A stretch of 64,000 nucleotides of DNA, from positions 44,826,001 to 44,890,000 of the forward strand of contig NC_083288.1 of the NCBI RefSeq assembly GCF_963506605.1, written 5' to 3'. Origin of the DNA: Zootoca vivipara (lineage: Eukaryota). Positions 12,247 through 24,809 of the stretch are shown here, piece by piece; positions within the stretch are counted from its first letter, which is position 1, and each line of letters begins with the position of its first letter. The notes under the pieces were generated by a model. The model was not told where the DNA came from. It saw only the letters and a list, made by a program, of their open reading frames with translations, and did not search any database. The translations under genes were made by a program, and so were the position numbers.

Positions 12247-13171
12247 CTTAACCCTGGAGTGGTAAGGGTGCCAAAGAGACCTTTTAAAGGCCCCAGACTT
12301 TGTTGGACCCCTAAGAGATGGCTACTTCCCCTTCCATTTTACAGGCAGCTAATTAACTGTTCAAAAACAACTGATGCAACGCTGCTGGTGGTTTCACTGC
12401 CATGAGACAGGGAGGCTGGAAGGCATTCTCCCCAGAGTCTTAAATCCCTACAGAAGGGCACAGAAGATGTAAATATGCCTCCAGAAGAACTGGACTCTCA
12501 GAACCTGCAATGCAGGAGATCTTCACTGATACTGAACAGATGTAAGAGCAAAGTAGATTTTATTGTGGAAGGAAGGAAGGAAGGAAGGAAGATGCCCTCT
12601 CTGATCAATCAGTAGAAGTTTTATTTCAAGGAAACAGGTGCAGGTGGTGGGCTGTGATGATAAGATTCAGTATCAGAGAGAAGAACTAAGTAATGCTGTA
12701 ACTCCCTGTCTTCTACGCCTGCAGGGTAAGAGAATATTTCTTTTCTCTGGCTCCTTTGATTTGTTGTTCAAATGCTTTTAAAAAATCTACCTTTTCTTAT
12801 TTCCTTATTGGCAGCCTCTTGCTGCCAATTCACCAAATGTATTTGCCCTGTTCTTTGGTACATACTGGCTGAACGGCTTGCAAAGGTCAATGATCCTACT
12901 CTTCCGCTTGCAGTCTAGGAGAGATGGCACAAAGGGGAAAAGGGGATAGGAAGGGAGGAGGGAAAACAAACCGACTCAGGTGCTAGGTGAGGTCCTCCAG
13001 ATGTTCTCTTCATCCGTGACCATTGGCCATGCTAGTAAGGGCTGATGGGAGTGGGAGCTTAATAAAAAGACCTGGTAGCACACCTGTTTCTCACCACTGA
13101 GGGCTCATCCGGACTCATCCCTTTGTGCCATGTTTCTAGGAATAGGTTCATACTTCAAAGAGCCACAAAGC

Positions 13172-13308
13172 TGGGATAACTCAGCTGGTAGAGTATGAGA
13201 CTTTTAATCTCAGGGTTGTGAGATTTCACCTTAAGTGAAAAATTCCTGCATTTCAGGGCGTTGCCTAGATCATCCACACGGTCCCTTCCAACTCCATGAT
13301 TCTATGAT
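13172..13308 (+). mobile_element. tRNA-derived SINE with CR1-like 3' tail
   Basis: A-box-like taactcagctggtagag, tRNA-Lys-like gacttttaatctcagggt, tail ggtcccttccaactccatgattctatgat. Confidence 0.6.
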
Positions 13309-13478
13309 ATCTGAACACTTTTTTTTGGGTCACACTGCTTTCCAGATGAAAAAAACTGCTCTTTACTGCTGAATCGGAGTAAACAGCAATATGTGGAAAA
13401 TCCAAATTGTCGTTTGTTCTGAATCAGCATTCAAAACTGGTTTGTGCAGGGAATGCACTGGGACATGATGCTTTAACA

Positions 13479-13612
13479 CAGGCATCCCCAAACTGCGGCC
13501 CTCCAGATGTTTTGGCCTACAACTCCCATGATCCCTAGCTGAGGACCAGTGGTCAGGGATGATGGGAATTGTAGTCCAAAACATCTGGAGGGCCGATGTT
13601 TGGGGATGCCCG
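13479..13612. mobile_element. Short palindromic hAT MITE
   Basis: TIRs caggcatccccaaac / gtttggggatgcccg; near-perfect 8-bp TSD ytttaaca; second copy at 17754-17889 with TSD gtctatgc. Confidence 0.85.
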
Positions 13613-14902
13613 TTTTAACACATGCCTAGAAAGCACAGGGCAAAAGGTAAGTGTGGATGAGCCCAGAATTAAGTTCTTAATTAAAAGAGTCTCCTGCTTC
13701 CCTTCTCTCCTTCTGCTGAAACTGCTTCCAGGTGACAATTGATGGAGAGAGCAGCCTGCCATAGCTGGCTTCTCAGCAGAACTTCCCTCACTCTATCTCT
13801 GCTGCATCCCGATTCAGGATAATTGCCTTTACTGCATTATTATTCATATATAACTTCTGCATTTGCAAAACCCATTTAAAATCTTCACCCTGTCCTTTGG
13901 TGAAATGCTTGCAGAATTACTCCAGGCTCTTAGCTGCAGGAGGCACCTAATTTAGCCTTGATCACCCACTCCAGCTGCTACAACCTGCCCTTCTGATGAG
14001 GTGGGTAGCTTCCCACTTTAGAGATGGAGGATCTGAGGCATGGATTCCAGCAGGACTAATTCTGGAATGATTAATCCAGAATGGTGTGTGCTACATGTAA
14101 AAGCTTGATACCAAAATGGGTGCTTCACCTGGAGATTATCAGGAAAAGATCTGTGAATGAGATCCCATAGAAACATGCACGGTTCACACATTTGTGCACA
14201 TGGCTGGACATCCCAGCACTTCACAGCCTGATCCTAAAAATGCTTACATAGCTGCAAATCCTATTGGGTTAAAAGGCTTATTCAGAAATTCAAAGGGATC
14301 ACAGCCTGACACTATGCCAAGGACTCAGAAATAAGTCCTCTTGAGTTCCAATCTGTTTTGCAGACTCTCTCTCTTCCACTGCTCAATTGCTTCCATCCCC
14401 CAAACTCTGGTGCTTTCCTTCACTCAGCTGCTATTTATTCCAGGCTCTGCCTTACAGTGTGTACCTCCTATGTCAGGTAGCCAGTCAGGACAGGAGGAAG
14501 AAGATGAGCTAGGACTCTTATCTGCAACCCCTCCAATAATACCTAGAGCTCACTCTGGGTGTGTATGCTTCACAAACACTGCAAATGGTTCAATCCTTGG
14601 CACCTCCAGGTAGGGTTGAGGAAGACTTCTGTTTGAAACATTGGAGAATTGCTTCCAGCTCCTGTAGAATGGGGAACCTTCCAGATGTTGACTACAAGTC
14701 CCACCACCCTTGTCCATCAGCCATGCAGGCTGGGTCTAATGAGAGTTGAGATTCCATCAACATCTGGAGGGCCACAGGTTCCTCACAACAGTTTTAGATC
14801 CTTTGCAACTCAGTATCCTAAATAGATTTGCTGCATTTCTGAAGAATTGACTGAGATTGTGTGTTTTCTCCCCCCCCCCCCAAAAATCCACCCTTTAGCA
14901 AC

Positions 14903-15766
14903 ATGGTTGGATCTGAAATGCGAAACCACACTGTCATCTTGGAATTCATTCTCCTTGGCATCCCCCACACTGAAGGCATGCACAACATCCTCTTTGCCGT
15001 CTTTCTATCTTTCTACCTCATCACTTTGCTCGGCAACCTCCTCATCCTCTCGGCCATCATCACTGATGCTCGCCTCCACACTCCCATGTACTGGTTCCTC
15101 TGCAATCTCTCTGTGGTAGACCTGGGCTTCTCCTCCATCAGCACTCCCAAGTTCCTGGCCAACATCTGGGCAGGGAGCAGAACCATCTCCTTAGGCGGAT
15201 GTGCATGCCAGGTCTTCTTCTACCACTTCCTGGGAAGCACCGAGTGCCTCCTCTACACAGTCATGGCCTATGATCGCTACGCCGCCATCTGCCACCCACT
15301 GAGGTACACCGCCATCATGAACCGGAAAGTGTGTGCCCTTCTGGCAGCGGGCACGTGGTTCACTAGTTCGTTCCATGCCACCATTTTGACCAGCTTGACC
15401 TTCACGTTGCCTTACTGCAGAACCAGCTTCACCAACTGGTGAAGCTTCACCAACATCGGCGTGGTGCCCATGGCTTGCTTCTGCCTCATCCTCACATCCT
15501 ATGTCAGAATTGCCATCTCGGTCCTGAAGATGCGCTCGGCGGAAAGCCGGCGCAAGGCAGCTTCCACCTGCGCGTCCCATTTGACCGTCGTTTGCTTCTT
15601 CTTTGGGCCCTGTGCTCTCCTCTACACCCAGCCGTCCCTGAGTGATGTGTTAGCTACGCCCATCCAGATTTTCTGCAATGTGGTCACCCCGATGTTGAAC
15701 CCCATCATCTACACTCTGCGGAACAAGGAGGTTCAGGGAGCTTTCAAGAGGATGAAAGGTGCTTAG
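14903..15766 (+). pseudogene. OR10D-like olfactory receptor pseudogene (net 63-nt in-frame deletion in ECL2 plus stop codon)
   Basis: MVGSEMRNHT...GIPHTEG...MAYDRYAAIC...LPYC, then RTSFTNW-TGA (15440-15442); the same frame resumes SFTNIGVVPM...PMLNPIIYTLRN; segment GPxxVDYFFCD...ACADT of the paralogs is missing. Confidence 0.9.
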
Positions 15767-16061
15767 ATCCTTTCCGTTGAAGAGGGGGAAACAAATTGGA
15801 AACAGAACATCAGACTAAGCTTCTCACCTCTAGACGGCACAATATGATAACATGAGGGCACATTGCTGTTCCAGAAATTGGGATCCCCAGGCCCGGGAGT
15901 AAAATACAGCCCTCCAGACCTCACAATGTGACCCTCGAGGCTCTTCCCAGGCCATGTCCCTTCCCAGGCCACATCCCCTCTCTCAGGAAGTGCTTTTGAT
16001 TGTTTGGAATGTGTCTGAGATAAGGCCCAGTGAAGCAAGCTTATTTAGCAAGGAGGAGAGG

Positions 16062-16462
16062 CAGGGGTGTAGCCAGGATCAAAATTAGGGGGGGGCACAG
16101 TGGGGCAAGTAAAGCGATCGGCAGGGGCGAGGGGGCGCCAGGATCAGCCTGAAATCGGGCTGTTCCGATCCCCTCCTCCCCCTCCGCGATCGCTGGGGCG
16201 GGTGGAGGGAAAGCGTTTGGCTGGCTTTCCCTCCACCCGCTCCACAGCCAGCGAGAAGGGAGACGTCCTCTAGCCAGCTGGCTGTGGGGCGGGCGGAGGG
16301 AAAGCCAGGCAAACGCTTTGCACGGCTCTGGGGCTTTCCCTCTACCCACCCCACAGCCAGCCAGGGAGAAGGGAGACGGCACTGGGCAGCGGGGCAGGCT
16401 GGCCAGCGGCCCTGCTTCTAGGGGGGGGCAACTGCCCCTCCTGCCCCCTGCCTACGCCCATG
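16062..16462. mobile_element. hAT MITE
   Basis: TIRs caggggtgtag / ctacgcccatg; 8-bp TSD aggagagg. Confidence 0.85.
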
Positions 16463-17039
16463 AGGAGAGGAATAAAAACAATTATCATTATTCACCATCT
16501 ATTATAGCAGATGAATCTCAAGGGGTGTCCAGAGCACTGTCTGGTCCTGTTGTGTTGGATGACATTCAGTTCGTAAGGCTCAAGCATGTCGACAAACTGC
16601 TTGGATTGATCAGGGCGATCACTTGTGCTCCTTGCCCTGCTTGGCTGATTAAAAGTAGCAGGAAATGGGGCAGCTGTCTGGGCCAGGGAAGTGATTAATG
16701 CCTCCTGGCAAGAGGGCAGTGGTGGAGTATGTCTTCCTGGCATCCAGGGCTGGCAGGTGGGTGCAGATGCAGGAGCCCAACCCTTGCCACCAATGTGACG
16801 CCAGCCCCAATCTGCTTTGCAAAGGCTGCGATGATCTCAGCCTCGCCGAGCGGCTAGGGAAGGGTGGCATGAGAAAGAAGCAACAGACATGCACCCTTTG
16901 ATTCCATCCTTGCCCTTGCTTTGTGGGGCTGGAAGCGAAGAGGGGGTGGTCCCTGCCTGCTTAAAGGGGGTAGTAGCAAAACCTGGATTCAGAAAATCTA
17001 AGTAACTACCGGCCAGTTGCTAATCTCCTCTTCTTCACA

Positions 17040-18050
17040 AGGCTCTTGGGCGGGTGTTTGTGGACCAGATCCAGGCGCTATTGGAGGAAACTGATATTCT
17101 AGGTCCATTTCAGTCAGGGTTTACGCCTGGTTTTGGCACACAACTGCTTTGGTCACCCTGTATGATGACCTCTGTCAGTAGAGAGACATACAGTGGTACC
17201 TCGGGTTAAGAACTTAATTCGTTCCAGAGGTCTGTTCTTAACCTGAAATGGTTCTCAACCTGAGGCATGCTTTCGCTAATGGGGCCTCCTCCTGCTGCTG
17301 CACAGCTGGCACACGATTTCTGTTCTTATCCTGGAGCAACCACTTCCTGGTTAGCGAAGTTTGTAAGCCAAAACGCCTGTAACCTGAGGTACCACTGTAC
17401 AGCTCTACTTCTCGGTTACAACTGCAGGTGTAGCAGTGGATGTGGTGGTCCATTCCCTTGCCTTGGTTATGGACTGGATGAGAGTCATGAGCATCAACAA
17501 ACTGAAGCTCAATCCAGATAAGAATGAGGCACTGCTACTGGGCAGAGTGGATGGATGGGAGGTTGCCTGCTCTTGTTGGGGTTATGCTCTCTCTGAAGAA
17601 GCGGGTATGTAGCTTGGGGTTACTTCTGGATTGTTTGCTGTCACTTGAGGCTCAGGTGGCCCCAGTGGTGGGGAGTGCCTTCCATCAGCTTCGGCTGGTG
17701 GCCCAGCTACGCCCCTATCTGGGTAGGGAGAGCCTAATTTCTGTCGTCTATGCCAGGCATCCCCAAACTATGGCCCTCCAGATGTTTTGGCCTACAACTC
17801 CCATGATCCCTAGCTAACAGAACCAGTGGTTGGGGAAGATGCGAATTGTAGTCTAAAACATCTGGAGGGCCAAAGTTTGGGGATGCCTGGTCTATGCTCT
17901 GGTCATCTCTAGGTTATATTATGGCAGCATATTATATGTAGGGCTGCCTCTGAAGACGGTTCAGAAACTCCAGCTGGTGCAGAATTTGGCAGTCAAGTTG
18001 CTCACAGGACAAGACGGTTTGAGCATATTAAGCTGATGCTGGCCTGATTG
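17040..18050 (+). mobile_element. Degraded L2-type LINE RT/3' fragments with nested MITEs
   Basis: Remnant LDPFQSGFRPGFGT-like coding at 17095-17150, LKLNPDK-like and LRLVAQLRPYL; similar remnants at 19270-19670, 30940-31500 and 62160-63950; boundaries approximate. Confidence 0.6.
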
Positions 18051-18051
18051 C

Positions 18052-18370
18052 CATAGCTGCCAAGTCTCCCGTATTCCCCGGGAAACCCCCGTTTTTCCAG
18101 CCATTTCCCGCTGGCAGCCCGGATTTTTAAAACCCCCGTAAATCCCCCGGATTCTTACCGGCACAGGGAGGCTCCTCTTGCGCATGTCTGGAGTCTCTGG
18201 ACATGCGCAGAAGCGATTTCTGGCACTGCAGCCATTTTGGAAATGGGCAGAGCATGCGTAGAAGCAACTTCCGGTGTCGCTCTGCCCAGTTCCAAAATGG
18301 CCGCAGAGTGACTTCCGGTTCCACGCAGCTGCCGATCCCGGATTTTTCAATCTGGAAGTTGGCAACTATG
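18052..18370. mobile_element. hAT MITE with internal inverted repeats
   Basis: TIRs catagctgccaag / gttggcaactatg; partial TSD ctgatt. Confidence 0.7.
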
Positions 18371-20080
18371 CTGATTTTTAGATAGGGTTGCTTCGACTTA
18401 CGTTTTTTTCTCCCAATGCATTCCTATGGGATCCGACTTACAATTTTTTTCGACTTACGAATGTGTGTTTGGAACACATTAAATTTGTAAGTAGAGGTAC
18501 CACTGTATTCTGGGTTTCCAAATGTTGCAAAATACAAAGTTGTCTTCATTATGTTTCTGTTGTATATAATGTTCCACTAAAGGAGCATCTAGGATTTTAT
18601 TACAAATTCATTTACTTAAAATGATGGTCCCTAGTGGGCAATGGAACTTTATTTCTTTAAGAACTCCTAGGGAACCACACCTAACCTTTAAGGAGAACTC
18701 ATATAAAAAAGCACACATACACCTTCAATCCTAAAGACATACAGAGAACATTTGGGTACACATCGACCTCTTTAAACTTAGGTGAGGAACTATGTTATTT
18801 TATGTTTCTTTATGGTTTTCAATCTTTATTCATGGAATTAGTAGATGTATGTTGTTTCCAGTTATTTTGTTATATTTAATCCTTGCAGTTGATGTAGGTT
18901 AAAAATACCGAGACAGGGTCCTGTCCTGGATTTGAATTATTGGGGACTCTACCTTACTTTAAAGACTCCCACATCAAACACTGCATCAACATTTTCTGAC
19001 TTTGGACAACTGTGATCTTTATCTGACTATAAAAGACTCCTACATCGAATACTGTGTTGACACTTCACGTCAAAAGACTCCTTATGGAACCTGTACAATT
19101 CAATTAAATACTATTGAACTGAGAAATTATATTGAAAAACTTTAAACATTAAGTTTGTCACATAAATTGTATGGTTGCATGTATTTTCATTTTTTATGTT
19201 CACTGTTGGTTTGTTAATAGGCATTGCCCTTATTATTGAATGGTAATGGTGGCCTGAGTTCTTGTTCTGATTCTTATTTGGCCTGATTGTACCAGCTGCC
19301 AGTTAGTTTTGGGGCCCAATTCAAAGTGCTGGTTTTGACCCATAAAGCCTTAAATGGCACAGGACCTCAATAGCTCAAGGTCTGCCTCTCCCCATAGGTA
19401 CTGACTCGGACCCTACAATCATCTGTAATCACTGCCCTGAGACCTTCAGGTATAGGGTGGTATATAAATTCAATAAATAACAATAAATAATAATCTTCTG
19501 AGGTCCTTCTTTGAGTGCCTCCTCCTTGAGACGTCCGGAGGATGGGCCTTCTCGGTGGCGGCTCCCCATTTGTGGAATGCTCTCCCCTAGGAGGTTTGCC
19601 TTGCCTGGCACCTTCATTACATATCTTTAGGCACCAGGTGAAAACATTTCCCTTCAGCCACTATGGCTTTTTAAATGAGTCTGTGGGAGGGAGGGATGGG
19701 TTTCAAACATGGGCATTTCCCCGTCCTACCTGGAGATGCTGGGGATTGAACCTGGGACTTTTAGCCCTTCACATCACTCATTGAATTGTAGTTGACTATG
19801 TGAAGCAGTGTGAAAGAATGGTGATGTGGTGTTGGCTTTTTATTATTATTAAAAAAACATATTTAAATGGAAGTCTTTCTCAGGAAGGAAAGAGATGTCA
19901 CCAAGGAGTCAGGGCAGGGAAGGATTCAGTGGTTGGAGTGCATGTTGGTACCAGTGACATGGGGAAATGTGGTTCTGAGGTCCTGAGAACTCTGTGGCCA
20001 GGCTGTCGAGTGAAGCAACTGAATATCCATCTATTATAGGCTACCTGTGTTGAGAGAAGTACATTGGCTGACAATCAGCT

Positions 20081-20257
20081 NNNNNNNNNNNNNNNNNNNN
20101 NNNNNNNNNNNNNNNNNNNNNNNNNNNNNNNNNNNNNNNNNNNNNNNNNNNNNNNNNNNNNNNNNNNNNNNNNNNNNNNNNNNNNNNNNNNNNNNNNNNN
20201 NNNNNNNNNNNNNNNNNNNNNNNNNNNNNNNNNNNNNNNNNNNNNNNNNNNNNNNNN
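20081..20257. other. Assembly gap (177 N)
   Basis: Run of N. Confidence 1.
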
Positions 20258-20345
20258 GGATAAACAAAAACTGGCTCTTGTATCAAAATAAAAACTTTCC
20301 AGTCCAAAAATATGGTTCATTCTTCCATTTCAACGTACATTAAAC

Positions 20346-20661
20346 CAGTGGCGTAGCATTGGGGGGGGGGAAAGGGGGAGGCACACGGCAGTTGCCCTGG
20401 GCGCAAAATTGTTAGGGGATACAAAATTTCAACATCTGGTGCTGCCTCAATACAGTTGCTTGCTTCCGCAGCTGGTTTCCATTGAAAACAGCTTCTCCAT
20501 GTGAACCAGGAAGTGACCTCTGCAGACAATGAGTGACTCTTTTTGTATCTCTGCAGCTGTGATCTCCTAGGTGAATGTGCATGCCTACTCCATCTGTTTA
20601 CCTCCCTACCACTACCCCCTCTGCATGGCCCCGGGCACTGGCAACCCACTCTATGCTACTG
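20346..20661. mobile_element. hAT MITE
   Basis: TIRs cagtggcgtag / ctatgctactg; 8-bp TSD cattaaac. Confidence 0.85.
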
Positions 20662-21042
20662 CATTAAACAATTATTCTCAACCGAGACAGGTAACCTGAA
20701 AGATCGCCTGCTTCTGTAATAGACCTGTAAGGTCTCTTAGATCATGCAGTTGCTTGCAGGTGGGGACATTGTTATGTAGAAACTTGGTTCTAGCCACAAA
20801 TAATAAAGATGTCTGTGCAAGAGACAAGAGCAGTGGAGATTGGTTTATTGGGGTGAATTGGGTATTCCCTGTACCAGCTTCAGTCTGCTGTCAGTGATTC
20901 CCCACCTGCCTGCCTTTTTACTTCCAACCAATCAGGGAGTAACTTTGCCTATCATTGGCTCTAGCTCCTCTTCCTATTGGTCTCCCAGGCTTCATCCAAT
21001 CCACTGTTCCCCATGGAAACTAAAGGAAGCCACAAACATACA

Positions 21043-21450
21043 ATAAATAAATAAATAAATAAATATTATTTATTATTTGTACCCCGCCCATCTGGCTGGG
21101 TTTCCCCAGCCACTCTGGGCGGCTCCAACAAAAATTTAAAATACATTAAAAACTTCCCTGAACAGGGCTGCCTTCAGATGTCTTCTAAATGTCAGGTAGT
21201 TATTTATCTCTTTGACATCTGATGGGAGGGCATTCCACAAGGTGGGCGCCACTACCAAGAAGGCCCTCTGCCTGGTTCCCTGTAGCTTTGCTTCTCGCAG
21301 TGAGGGAACCACCAGAAGGCCCTCAGCGCTGGACCTCAATGTCTGGGCAGAATGAGGGGGGTGGAGACGCTCCTTCAAGTATACTGGGCCACTTAGGGCT
21401 TTAAAGGTCAACACTAACACTTTGAATTGTGCTCGGAAACGTACTGGGAG
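21043..21450 (-). mobile_element. L2-type LINE 3' end
   Basis: Minus-strand LPVRFRAQFKVLVLTFKAL...RAFLVVAPTLWNALP, a typical L2 ORF2 C-terminus, plus an AT-rich tail. Confidence 0.7.
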
Positions 21451-22674
21451 AAAGTAAGGAAGCACAGCATGTATTTAGAAACCGTATATTCAGTGTGGAT
21501 GTAGAACGTTGCTTTATACTGTATTGGTTCATTCAACATAGTATTGCCAACAATACCTGGGACCTTTTGCACACAAAAGAGGTGCTCTACCACTGAGTTA
21601 TGGCCTTTCACTTTGCCATGATGATGTTTTGAAAATCTGATGTAACTCCAAATGGAGTTATTATAGGCCCAAGGTACATCGTTATGATCAAAACACACAG
21701 CGCAATCATGAGTTCAGAAATGCTTTCAAATCCCCAAAGCTTGGAAATCAGAAACCTAGGGAGGAAAGAAATGCACAAGGGAGGGAGAGGATATAAAGAA
21801 GATCAGACACAAACACAGTATTAAAAAAAGGGAAGAACTTATAGGAAAAATCCAGAGCTGTGGGAGGATGTTAGGAATGGATTTATGATGAGAAACTTGG
21901 GACCTCTAGAGAAGAGCACTCCTTCTGCTGTGCTGGCCATTGAGCATCAGCTGTTATTTCAGGGTTCAAACTTTGCTGAAGGACAGAAAAGGGATTGGCT
22001 GTCTCTCCAGATAGTTGAGTGACAGTACAAAAAAGGCACAGAACCTTTTCTATTGGGCATCTCAATATGAATAAGCAGGTGGGATTCTGTGTCTTGAGGA
22101 CCCAAGCCCACAACCTGTATTGCTTGGACCTCTCCTTCCTAAGGGTCTCCATTATGATAAGGACTGCTATCAGAGTACCACCCTTTCCACAGTTGCATGG
22201 AATATGCGGGAGAAAAGTGACCAACTACTGAATGCAGAGAAACCAGCATTCAAGTCTGGCTATATCATGTCCTCCAACCTAGAACTCTTTCCCCACAAAT
22301 TATTTTGTGCATTTTTATGTCTGGAGGAAGGATAGGATTGGAGAAGATATGGTGCTCATGATTTAAAAGCACACTCTTTTTGCATTTTCCTGGCTTATAT
22401 GCGGAATGTATCTGAAAATAGCTTTTTGAGGAAACCGTGATTGAAATGAAGTTGCATGATTGTTGCACCCAGACTCTGAGATGACGCCTGAATCTTTAGA
22501 ATTTAGGGTGGAAAAGATGGATATTCCACATCTCGCCACTTCCCTCCTCCCAGGCAACAAATGACAAGAGCTTGGTGTGATATAAAAAATGTTACACAGA
22601 ACTCGCCAAAGCTTCATATTTTTGGTCACTCTCTTTTGTACATTGTAGGGATAAACTTTAAAGGCATTCAAAGA

Positions 22675-23598
22675 ATGGAGTGTGAAAATCAAACAGCACT
22701 GATGTATTTTGTCCTCTTGGGGATTCCATACCCACCTGAGCTACATGCTGCTTTATTTTGCTTCTTTGTGTCCATCTACTTGCTGACCCTCCTTAGTAAT
22801 CTCCTGGTCCTCTTAGCTGTGATATGTGAACCACAGCTGCACAAACCCATGTACTGGTTCCTCTGCCACTTGTCCATCTTGGACATTGCCACCTCGACCG
22901 TAGTGGTGCCCAAATTGATTGCTGGGTTTGTGGAGGGTGGTGGCACCATCTCCTTTGCAGGTTGTGTGAGCCAACTCTTCTTCTACCACTTTGTGGGGTG
23001 CACAGAATGCTTCCTCTACACCGTGATGGCTTATGACCGCTTCCTGGCCATCTGCCGGCCACTCCATTATGGCACCCTCATGAACCGTAACGCCTGCCTC
23101 TGGCTTGCTATTGGCACGTGGGCAGGTGGTTGTTTGCACTCAGCCATGGAGACAGCTCTCACCTTCCGCTTGCCCTATGGACCAGGGAATGAGGTGAGGT
23201 ATATCTTCTGTGACATTCCAGCTGTGCTGAAACTTGCCTGTGCTGATACAACCCTCAATGAGATAGTGACCTTGATTGATGTCGGTCTTGTAGCCATGAC
23301 TTGTGTTTTCCTTCTCCTCCTTTCTTATATGTACATTGTTTTGGCAGTCCTAAGGATTCGTAGTGCCGAGGGGCGACGGCGTGCCTTCTCTACATGTACG
23401 TCCCATATCATTATTGTAATGATCTGCTATATTCCTCTGACTTTTACTTATCTAAGACCAGGAGCACAAGATCCACTGGGAGGGGTGGTGGCTGTGTTTT
23501 ACACCACAGTGACTCCCTTCCTGAACCCTGTCATATACACTCTGAGAAACAAGGAGATGAAAGCTGCTGTCTTGAGACTAAGAGTCAGGAAAGCATAG
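22675..23598 (+). CDS. Olfactory receptor, OR10G6-like, intact, 307 aa
   Basis: MECENQT, LHKPMYWFLCHLS, MAYDRFLAIC, YIFCDIPAVLKLACADT, RAFSTC, YLRPGAQDPL, PFLNPVIYTLRN; acceptor cattgtag at 22641-22648. Confidence 0.92.
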   Translation: MECENQTALMYFVLLGIPYPPELHAALFCFFVSIYLLTLLSNLLVLLAVICEPQLHKPMYWFLCHLSILDIATSTVVVPKLIAGFVEGGGTISFAGCVSQLFFYHFVGCTECFLYTVMAYDRFLAICRPLHYGTLMNRNACLWLAIGTWAGGCLHSAMETALTFRLPYGPGNEVRYIFCDIPAVLKLACADTTLNEIVTLIDVGLVAMTCVFLLLLSYMYIVLAVLRIRSAEGRRRAFSTCTSHIIIVMICYIPLTFTYLRPGAQDPLGGVVAVFYTTVTPFLNPVIYTLRNKEMKAAVLRLRVRKA

Positions 23599-23674
23599 TT
23601 CCTCTCCCATGTGTATGCTCAGAGAGATTTTTCTAAGGTCTGTTCCTGGTTGCATCTTACACTTTCAAGATATA

Positions 23675-24548
23675 CCATGTTTCTCATAAAATAAGACGTA
23701 CCTACAAAATAAGACATGGCAGGCTTTTCACGAGTTGATTAAATATAAGACTCACCCCAAAAATAAGCCGTAGTGGGGGGGGGGGAAGGTCTGGCAAGGA
23801 AAGGAAGGTGTTTAAGCGCCTTCGGAAGAGCCGGCAACAGCGTGCTTGCTGGCAGCCTTTTCATGCCACTCGCAGTGGCCATCGCCGCTGCTGCTGCTGC
23901 AGTGCTTTGGCGCTGGGCGCGTGCCCACAGCCACCTCCACAGCTGCTGGGATCACCGTCGCTGCAGCCGCGCTCCTGGGCGCTCTCGGCGCTTCCTCCGC
24001 TGTGTTTTGTGAGGGCGGGGGCTTCCCGATGAGCAGCTGAGAGGCGGGCTGATCGGCCGCCTCTTCGCTGCCGCCGCAGCGCTCGGGGCGCTCGCCCCCA
24101 GTCGCCCACACAGATCACAGGCTTCACCTGCAGCCGCAGCTGCCTCTCACCAGGCTCTTCACGCTGCACTGCGCTGTGCTTCCTGAAGCAGCTCCCGTGC
24201 AGTCGCCTCTTGCCGGGCCCTCCACTGCCACTTCTCTCACAGCCGCCTCTGCCGCCGCTTCCTGCTCCGCCGCCGTGGCTGTGCTCCTTGGATCACGGCG
24301 TTTCTTCTGCTCCCCAGCAGCACGCAAATGGGAGGGCAGCCTTGCTGTTTTTATTTTCTTCTCCCTGGCTCTCCCCGGGTCCCGCACTGCTGCCGGCTCT
24401 CACCGGGTCCCGCTGGGTCAGGGCTCGGCGCAGCACGCTGTTGCCGGCCCCTGCTCGAAAAAAAAGACACCCCCTGAAAATAAGCCACCGTGGGGTTTTT
24501 TGAGGAAAAATAAATATAAGACGGCGTCTTATTTTATGAGAAACATGG
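23675..24548. mobile_element. Mariner/pogo-type non-autonomous element with CpG-rich interior
   Basis: Perfect TIRs ccatgtttctcataaaataagacg / cgtcttattttatgagaaacatgg; TA TSD. Confidence 0.88.
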
Positions 24549-24809
24549 TAGTAATGGCCACTAACTTGGATACCTTTCAAAGGCTTTTAGAAAAATTCTT
24601 GTGAGATAAAGGTACCAGTGGCTACTAGTATGTCTCTGAAATCATAAGTAGGGTGCTGTTTTGCTCGTGTCCTGCTAGCAGGCTTCCTACAGGCATCTGC
24701 TTGGTCAATGTGAGAACACAATGCTAGATTAGATGGACCTTTGGACCATGACCACAATGTTGATGAAGATTATTCTTATGATAACAGTGATAATAATGAT
24801 AATAATAGT

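Noticed and set aside
19667-19682. ctttttaaatgagtct, resembling the mouse H-element core CTTTTTAATGAGTCT
   Set aside because: An extra A breaks TAATGA, and it sits in an L2 tail whose other copy (31346-31370) has the equivalent sequence
22561-22674. N-terminal extensions in the ORF track (22561, 55143, 2973, 14861)
   Set aside because: Most cross a splice acceptor and all precede the canonical Met-x-N-x-T start; likely intron or UTR
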